From contig CP104013.1 of NCBI GenBank assembly GCA_025839675.1, forward strand, positions 2,490,001-2,522,000: a stretch of 32,000 nucleotides of DNA. Reading direction: 5' to 3'. Within the stretch, counting starts at the first letter, position 1. Each line of letters opens with the position of its first letter. Shown piece by piece: positions 26,961 to 32,000 of this stretch. The translations under genes and the position numbers were made by a program. Source of the DNA: Candidatus Lokiarchaeum ossiferum. GTDB taxonomy: Archaea; Asgardarchaeota; Lokiarchaeia; Sigyniarchaeales; Promethearchaeaceae. Below the pieces are notes generated by a model that was not told the DNA's origin, ran no database searches, and worked only from the letters and a program-made list of their open reading frames with translations.

Positions 26961-27506
26961 ATGAATTTGCAAAAAGAATATAAAATGAGAAATGGACAAG
27001 TTCTGCAAATATCTAAAGCAAATCCAGATGATGCAATTAGAGTTATAAAATACTTAAATCAAGTAGGCGGAGAATCCGACAACTTGACATTTGGAGAGAA
27101 TGAATTTAGTAAAACTGTGGAACAAGAACAAGAATTTTTATCAGATCTTCAAAAATCAAACAATTCCATTTTAATTCTGGGAATTATAGATAATCGGCTA
27201 ATAAGTGTAGCAAATTTGTCAGCATCGTCTAAATCCAGGCTAAATCACTTGGGAGAAATAGGGATCAGTGTGAGAAAATCCGCGTGGAATATAGGAGTTG
27301 GCAATGCAATAATGGAATATTTAATCGCTTGGGCCAAAGCAAATCAAATTATTCGCAAAATAAATCTAAGTGTCAGAACCGATAATCAACATGCTATTGA
27401 ACTTTATCAGCGATTTGGATTTGTTAAGGAAGGACTAATGACTCGAGCTATGCAAATTAACGGACAATTTTACGACACATTAGAAATGGGTCTAGAAATA
27501 GATTAA
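26961..27506 (+). CDS. GNAT-family N-acetyltransferase
   Basis: GNAT core: IGISVRKSAWNIGVGNAIMEYLIAWAK...INLSVRTDNQHAIELYQRFGFVKEG. Confidence 0.85.
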   Translation: MNLQKEYKMRNGQVLQISKANPDDAIRVIKYLNQVGGESDNLTFGENEFSKTVEQEQEFLSDLQKSNNSILILGIIDNRLISVANLSASSKSRLNHLGEIGISVRKSAWNIGVGNAIMEYLIAWAKANQIIRKINLSVRTDNQHAIELYQRFGFVKEGLMTRAMQINGQFYDTLEMGLEID

Positions 27507-27534
27507 AAAAACGGATTTGGTAAAAATCAATTAA

Positions 27535-27978
27535 TTAGGCTCGAATTTCTGCTTTTACTCCGCAGGATTCACAGAAACAGTTTCCATTATTATGAATTGC
27601 TTCTTCCATGGTGCTGGTAAATTTTTTTCCACATTGTGAACAAAATCTATGAGATTCTTCTACGGATATAGCAACAGTTTGGGAAACGGGCATTTTTGGT
27701 TGAATTGGGCGAGATTGATTTGGACTAATTAATAACTTGATTATTATATATGGAAATAACAACGACAATACAACAGAGTAATAGGTTATGTAAAGTGAGA
27801 GTTTGACTGCATAGTACGTTAAGTATAAAGATCCCTTTACAGCCCAATAAGTTATAGTTAAGGCAAGGACAGTGATAGCAACGGCTAATGCAAAAAAGAT
27901 GATTTGATCCCGGAGGGACATAGCAGCAAATTGAGCATGACTCAGTTGGCTCCAATTGATATATGATTCTACGGACAT
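27535..27978 (-). CDS. membrane protein with an 11-aa-periodic TM region and a C-terminal zinc ribbon
   Basis: C-terminal FCSQCGKKF-x15-CFCESCG. TM region contains TYWAVKGSLYL/TYYAVKLSLYI/TYYSVVLSLLF. The start codon abuts the 101-nt repeat, with GGAG 10 nt upstream. Confidence 0.7.
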   Translation of the reverse strand: MSVESYINWSQLSHAQFAAMSLRDQIIFFALAVAITVLALTITYWAVKGSLYLTYYAVKLSLYITYYSVVLSLLFPYIIIKLLISPNQSRPIQPKMPVSQTVAISVEESHRFCSQCGKKFTSTMEEAIHNNGNCFCESCGVKAEIRA

Positions 27979-28079
27979 TTTTTAGTGGTCTCCAATTAAG
28001 GTTATCTAATTATATTATAGAATGATGGATACCTAAACCCTTCAGAGGCCGAAAATTATCATGGGGGCCACTTATTATC
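27979..28079. repeat. 101-nt conserved noncoding block, copy B
   Basis: 89/101 identical, ungapped, to 13060-13160. Read on the minus strand it gives ctataatataattag (TATA-like) and ggagacc ahead of the ATG at 27978. Confidence 0.85.
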
Positions 28080-28394
28080 ACATTAAAATCAAGTCAAAAA
28101 AGAGTTAAACCGCTCGACGCACCGTCCAAAATCCTTCTTTGCGACGGTTTTGAAGGATTTGTAAAAGCCAAGACCGATAGACTTCAGTAGGTTGAGAATT
28201 TTCAGGAGGAATAAATAAGTTTGTTTGATTGTTCATACAAAGAATATAGTTTTCTTGGTTTAATTGACATTTATTGGAAGGATTCTAAAAAAAAAGAAAT
28301 AAATAGATTGGTAAGACCCTTGTTGCAATCTGGGAGTAGAATCTATTTAAATTAGGGAAGAAGATTTATTAGTTTAAAAACTCCTAATAAAACC

Positions 28395-29510
28395 ATGCCA
28401 AGAGGATCAAGAGGCGGAGGATCACGGGGAGGAGGGGGACATTCCCGAAGGAGATCTTCATACCACCGATATAGACGCCGGGGATATTATCACCATCGAA
28501 GAAGTAGCCCAATATGTAACTGTTGTTTCTTTATTGTATTTTTTGGAATGTTTGCGACAATCGGAGGATTTATTTTAATTTCACCCCGAACAAACATCAC
28601 TGAAATCACTTTATCTCCTTTTGAAACCTATATGGTAGAATCAAAATTAACAGCAAATTATGTTGATGTTATTGCTAATAGTGGTATCAGGACCTATTTT
28701 TTTAATGAAGAACCTGCAAAATCAGAAAATATTGAATATTCGGAACAAGATTCCTTTAATATTCCGGGAGGGTATTATGAATATGTATCTTACTTTATGA
28801 AGACGGGTACTACATTTACTCTTAATTTTTCCAGTTCATCAGGGGAACGGATCGATTTTTATCTCCTTAAAGGGGAAAATCAATATAACAATTTCATCGA
28901 TTCCGAAAACTCCTTTTCCTCAGAAGAAGATTTTTACGTTGCTGCTTATACAGATTTTCAATACACTTGTTCAAAAAGTGATCGATATTATCTCGTTTGG
29001 GAAAATTATGATGATGCTACGGTTGTTAATTACTCCATAGACATAAATTTTACAGAATATGATGTGTCAGCAGCCCTTAACACATACACTGGGGCTTATA
29101 GACTCGAATCTGTCACCTATCCTATTATGATTTTTAAAAATATGCTCAATGATACAGATCTTTATCTAAAAGTGGAAGTAGAATTACCTCCGATCATTCA
29201 AAATCCTATCCCCGTGTTTGGTGGAGTTTTAGCAATTATAGTTATTTGTGGTGTATTAATTGCAAAATCGCTTAAGAAATCGAAGAATAGCATAACACCA
29301 GCTTCGAAAATTTCAGAAGGATCCTTTGATCCCTCCCTATATGGCAACACTGGGAGTACACCGAAGTCAGGATCTCATGACACAAAAGAAATTAAATTGT
29401 CGAGCACTTGCGGGTCATGTAGTGCAATTTTAGATGAAGATTCCCAAAAATCGCTTTTGATGGATGGGTTTGTCTTTTGCAAATATTGTGGCTCTAAAAT
29501 TACACGATAA
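28395..29510 (+). CDS. bitopic-ectodomain membrane protein: RG/RGG-rich N-tail, TM, beta-rich ectodomain, TM, C-terminal zinc ribbon
   Basis: MPRGSRGGGSRGGGGHSRRRSSYHRYRRRGYYHHRR, then TM1 (CCFFIVFFGMFATIGGFILI), a ~210-aa domain, TM2 (VFGGVLAIIVICGVLIA), and CGSC-x19-CKYC. Confidence 0.75.
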   Translation: MPRGSRGGGSRGGGGHSRRRSSYHRYRRRGYYHHRRSSPICNCCFFIVFFGMFATIGGFILISPRTNITEITLSPFETYMVESKLTANYVDVIANSGIRTYFFNEEPAKSENIEYSEQDSFNIPGGYYEYVSYFMKTGTTFTLNFSSSSGERIDFYLLKGENQYNNFIDSENSFSSEEDFYVAAYTDFQYTCSKSDRYYLVWENYDDATVVNYSIDINFTEYDVSAALNTYTGAYRLESVTYPIMIFKNMLNDTDLYLKVEVELPPIIQNPIPVFGGVLAIIVICGVLIAKSLKKSKNSITPASKISEGSFDPSLYGNTGSTPKSGSHDTKEIKLSSTCGSCSAILDEDSQKSLLMDGFVFCKYCGSKITR

Positions 29511-29511
29511 G

Positions 29512-29531
29512 TTTTACTTTTCATTTTTTTT
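29512..29531 (+). terminator. oligo-T tracts (T4, T3, T8)
   Basis: gttttacttttcatttttttt lies directly after the stop at 29510. Confidence 0.45.
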
Positions 29532-29656
29532 ATTCCTTTGGTTTATCCGTTCATTAGATTTAGGACTATTGTTGCAATCGTGAAAATCAGTTTAAAATGA
29601 AATTAATTCCTTAGTACAAGCAGAGAAAAAATGAAATTCATGGAGTCTCGCAAGAA

Positions 29657-29842
29657 ATGCACGATCGTTTTCGAATTCAATTAAATTTAATTTCATGGCT
29701 TTTAATGATCATCTCACTTAATCCAAATTCATTAGAACTCCCCTTGATAATACTATGGATAATAATCTTTCTTATTACGGTGATCTTAATTTTAATGCTG
29801 ATGATTTTCATAAATAATTTCAAAAAAAAAAACCTCCTGTGA
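29657..29842 (+). CDS. hypothetical small membrane protein (61 aa)
   Basis: Two hydrophobic segments and a Lys-rich end. There is no other support, and very AT-rich sequence can produce such ORFs by chance. Confidence 0.3.
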   Translation: MHDRFRIQLNLISWLLMIISLNPNSLELPLIILWIIIFLITVILILMLMIFINNFKKKNLL

Positions 29843-29881
29843 ACTGAAAAGATTTTTTTTTGCTCAAAGTGAATTCATTGT

Positions 29882-30328
29882 ATGGGAGAAATCAAATTAG
29901 CATCTTTTGATGATTTCAAAATTGGTGATTCGAAATCAATAACTAAATCGACTAGTGACGAAACAGTTAAAATTTTTGCAGAATTAACCGGTGATTTTAA
30001 TCCCCTTCATGTAAATGAAGAATTTGCTCAAAAAAGCATGTTTAAACGGCGTTTAGTCCACGGTGCATTCAGTTCTGGATTGATCTCTACCGTGATAGGA
30101 ATGAAGTTACCTGGTCCTGGAGCACTCTATTTGGATCAGTTTTGCAAGTTCAAAAAACCGGTCTTCATAGGAGATATTTTGACTGCCACAGCAACAGTTG
30201 TGGATAAAATAGTCAAAGAAAAGGAAGGCAAACCTCCAATGAAATTGCTTATTCTTGAAACAATAGTCACTAATCAAGAAAATGTAGTGGTGACTGAAGG
30301 AAAGGCAACGATTTTAGTCATGAATTAA
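29882..30328 (+). CDS. MaoC-like (R)-specific enoyl-CoA hydratase / hot-dog fold dehydratase
   Basis: FAELTGDFNPLHVNEEFAQKSMFKRRLVHGAF matches the MaoC dehydratase motif [YF]-x(1,2)-[LVI]-[ST]-G-D-x-N-P-[LI]-H. Confidence 0.85.
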   Translation: MGEIKLASFDDFKIGDSKSITKSTSDETVKIFAELTGDFNPLHVNEEFAQKSMFKRRLVHGAFSSGLISTVIGMKLPGPGALYLDQFCKFKKPVFIGDILTATATVVDKIVKEKEGKPPMKLLILETIVTNQENVVVTEGKATILVMN

Positions 30329-30372
30329 GATATTTTCTTTAACTGAATACACTCGTTTTTTTATTTTTAGAT

Positions 30373-31218
30373 ATGAAACAAGAAGGTCCAAGAATGGTTA
30401 AAGAAATTTATAAAATCGAAGATTTCGGAGCAATTTTTGATGCTCATGTGCATACATATTTTGATTTTCACGATGGAATGATTAGTCCTCGAGATTTAGT
30501 TCGTTACTCGCGAAAGTGGCGATTTAATTGGATTAATGCCATGGCCCATGATACGATTCGCGGAGTTCCTCGAATAAAAAAAATTGCGAAAGAATACCAC
30601 ATGCCAGTTATTCCATCCATGGAAGTTTCCACAGGGTTTAACCATCTTTTAGCCTTTGGTGTCCAAGAATGGCACCTCGCCAAAGATTCATGGAGTCCAG
30701 AGGAAATAATTGATCTTCTAAGAACTCAGGATTGTGCCATTTTTGCATCCCACCCGGCGATTAACCCATTTAGAGGATATTGGACTCCAGAAATATTAAA
30801 TCGATTAGATATTGATGGAATTGAATGGTTAAATGGATCAAACACAGTTTTAAATAAAATTACTCGAAAAAAGTTTGCAAATTATCCCAAAGGAAAGATT
30901 GGTGGATCAGACGCCCATCACATAAGCCAAATGGGTTTTGCATATACCCAAGTGGAAATAAATAGTGATGATCCCGATGATTTGGTCAGGGCATTACAAA
31001 AAGGAAAATGTCATCCGCGTGGATGGTATGTTCCATTACATCGCATCGGGTGGTGGCAAGTTTACATTAGTCTAAAAAGAGCATTTTTTCCATCACTTCC
31101 CATAGAAAACCGTTGGATCTCACCACGATATGAAAAAATGGGACAGATACCTCCGAGACCATTTTCTGCAGTCCGTTGGAGACAAAAGATTTTATCACAA
31201 GAAAAATTACATAGTTAA
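30373..31218 (+). CDS. PHP-domain metal-dependent phosphoesterase
   Basis: HVHTYFDFHDG (PHP motif I), MAHD, SMEVS, ASHP and GGSDAHH occur in the canonical order. Confidence 0.8.
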   Translation: MKQEGPRMVKEIYKIEDFGAIFDAHVHTYFDFHDGMISPRDLVRYSRKWRFNWINAMAHDTIRGVPRIKKIAKEYHMPVIPSMEVSTGFNHLLAFGVQEWHLAKDSWSPEEIIDLLRTQDCAIFASHPAINPFRGYWTPEILNRLDIDGIEWLNGSNTVLNKITRKKFANYPKGKIGGSDAHHISQMGFAYTQVEINSDDPDDLVRALQKGKCHPRGWYVPLHRIGWWQVYISLKRAFFPSLPIENRWISPRYEKMGQIPPRPFSAVRWRQKILSQEKLHS

Positions 31219-31264
31219 GAAAAAAAAAGTATGGATTGATTTCTATATAGAAAAAGCGAACACT

Positions 31265-32000
31265 TTAACTATGACTATAAAGGACATCAAGTAAGACTAA
31301 TCCAACTATTGCTTCCAGTACAACTACGATTCGAGGAACAATGCAAGGATCATGACGACCTATTATCTCAAGAGGAACTTCAGATTGAGTTTCAAGATTT
31401 AAAGTATGCTGTATCTTCCCAATAGAAGCGGTAGGTTTCACGGCAACTTGAAAAGTTATTGGAGTACCTATGGATATTCCGCCAATAATACCTCCACAAT
31501 GATTGGTTTTGGTGGTGATCTTCCCATTTTGCCATACAAAAGGATCATTGTGATCGGAACCACGCATCGAAGCTGCAGCAAAACCCGTTCCAAATTCGAT
31601 CCCGCGCACACCAGGTATAGACATAATTGCGGCAGCAATATCGGATTCTAAGGAATGAAACCATGGATCCCCTAAACCCGCGGGAAAACCTTCTATCCGC
31701 ACTGATACAACACCACCAATAGAATCTTTTTCTTTCTGAACAGTCTTAACGAGATTTTCCATTTGGTGAGCAAATTCAGCATCCACCGTTCGAATTAGGT
31801 TCGAATCAACATTCTGACGAATACTTGAGACAGTATATTCAGTAGGATCGTGAATATTACCAATCTGCGATGCATACGCTGCGATTTCGATCTGTTGTTG
31901 ATGCAAAATTTGGCGAGCAATCGCCCCCGCAGCAACTAAGGGTGCAGTCATTCTTCCTGAAAACCGTCCAGACCCCCGTAAATCGATTGTGTCACCATAC
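31265..32000 (-). CDS. aroC: chorismate synthase, N-terminus beyond the window edge
   Basis: GRFSGRMTAPLVAAGAIA, KDSIGGVV, GFPAGLGDP, GVRGIEFGTGF, NHCGGIIGGIS.G, VKPT.SI and GRHDPCIVPR align motif by motif with AroC. The frame stays open to nt 32000. Confidence 0.9.
   Translation of the reverse strand, partial: YGDTIDLRGSGRFSGRMTAPLVAAGAIARQILHQQQIEIAAYASQIGNIHDPTEYTVSSIRQNVDSNLIRTVDAEFAHQMENLVKTVQKEKDSIGGVVSVRIEGFPAGLGDPWFHSLESDIAAAIMSIPGVRGIEFGTGFAAASMRGSDHNDPFVWQNGKITTKTNHCGGIIGGISIGTPITFQVAVKPTASIGKIQHTLNLETQSEVPLEIIGRHDPCIVPRIVVVLEAIVGLVLLDVLYSHS

Noticed and set aside
28017-28079. C/D-box sRNA within the 101-nt repeat (aATGATGg in copy B; CTGA on the minus strand)
   Set aside because: The C-box-like ATGATGG is not conserved in copy A (cggatta). 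No properly spaced C'/D' and terminal D boxes exist on either strand.
28320-29579. 11-nt direct repeat ttgttgcaatc flanking gene 28395-29510 (28320-28330 and 29569-29579), as possible insertion target duplication
   Set aside because: Dozens of 11-mer matches are expected by chance in 32 kb. There are no terminal inverted repeats and no mobility gene.
31798-31807. ggttcgaatc, a tRNA T-arm-like string
   Set aside because: It lies inside the well-supported aroC coding frame. No acceptor, D or anticodon stems can be built around it. A similar check at 16911-16930 also failed.
1-32000. CRISPR arrays, transposases/integrases, prophage or toxin-antitoxin modules, rRNA/tRNA genes
   Set aside because: I looked for regularly spaced repeats, DDE/tyrosine-recombinase-like ORFs and cloverleaf-capable GC-rich segments and found none. 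The only long repeat is the 101-nt block, which occurs as two dispersed copies.

Overview
AT-rich window: hand counts give about 32-33% GC in typical genes. It is prokaryotic and most likely archaeal. Supporting signs are oligo-T tracts without hairpins after genes, a COG3432-type small wHTH protein, TATA-like A/T boxes close to start codons, and many TPR, LRR and zinc-ribbon membrane proteins. An Asgard/Lokiarchaeia-like origin is only a guess. About 33 protein genes lie on both strands. I saw no rRNA, tRNA, CRISPR array, transposase or integrase.

Recognisable genes:
- partial chorismate synthase (aroC) and a partial DJ-1/PfpI protein at the two window edges
- PatB/MalY-type PLP C-S lyase, MaoC dehydratase, PHP phosphoesterase
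- CrtI-like flavoprotein, GPH/MFS transporter, ICMT-family methyltransferase, TauE/SafE permease
- MBL hydrolase, S41 peptidase, four GNAT acetyltransferases, two wHTH regulators

The remaining genes are accessory:
- a ~700-aa TPR protein with an unassigned C-terminal domain
- a 680-aa HTH-like + LRR protein
- a tandem-RCK membrane protein without a canonical K+ filter
- several membrane-anchored zinc-ribbon proteins

Best lead: a 101-nt noncoding block occurs twice (13060-13160 and 27979-28079), ungapped and 89/101 identical. In both copies it sits between a minus-strand TM/zinc-ribbon gene start (intact at 27978, a 13-codon stump at 13059) and a plus-strand membrane protein. The two plus-strand proteins share a beta-rich ectodomain. 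This looks like a duplicated divergent cassette whose intergenic block is better conserved than its coding flank.

Other leads:
- a GC-shifted, Cys-rich membrane gene isolated in 1.7 kb of low coding density
- a possible multi-stem RNA or local duplication upstream of the C-S lyase
- tandem 16-mers and a 22-bp palindromic operator candidate

All functional calls come from motif reading by eye. No database search was run.
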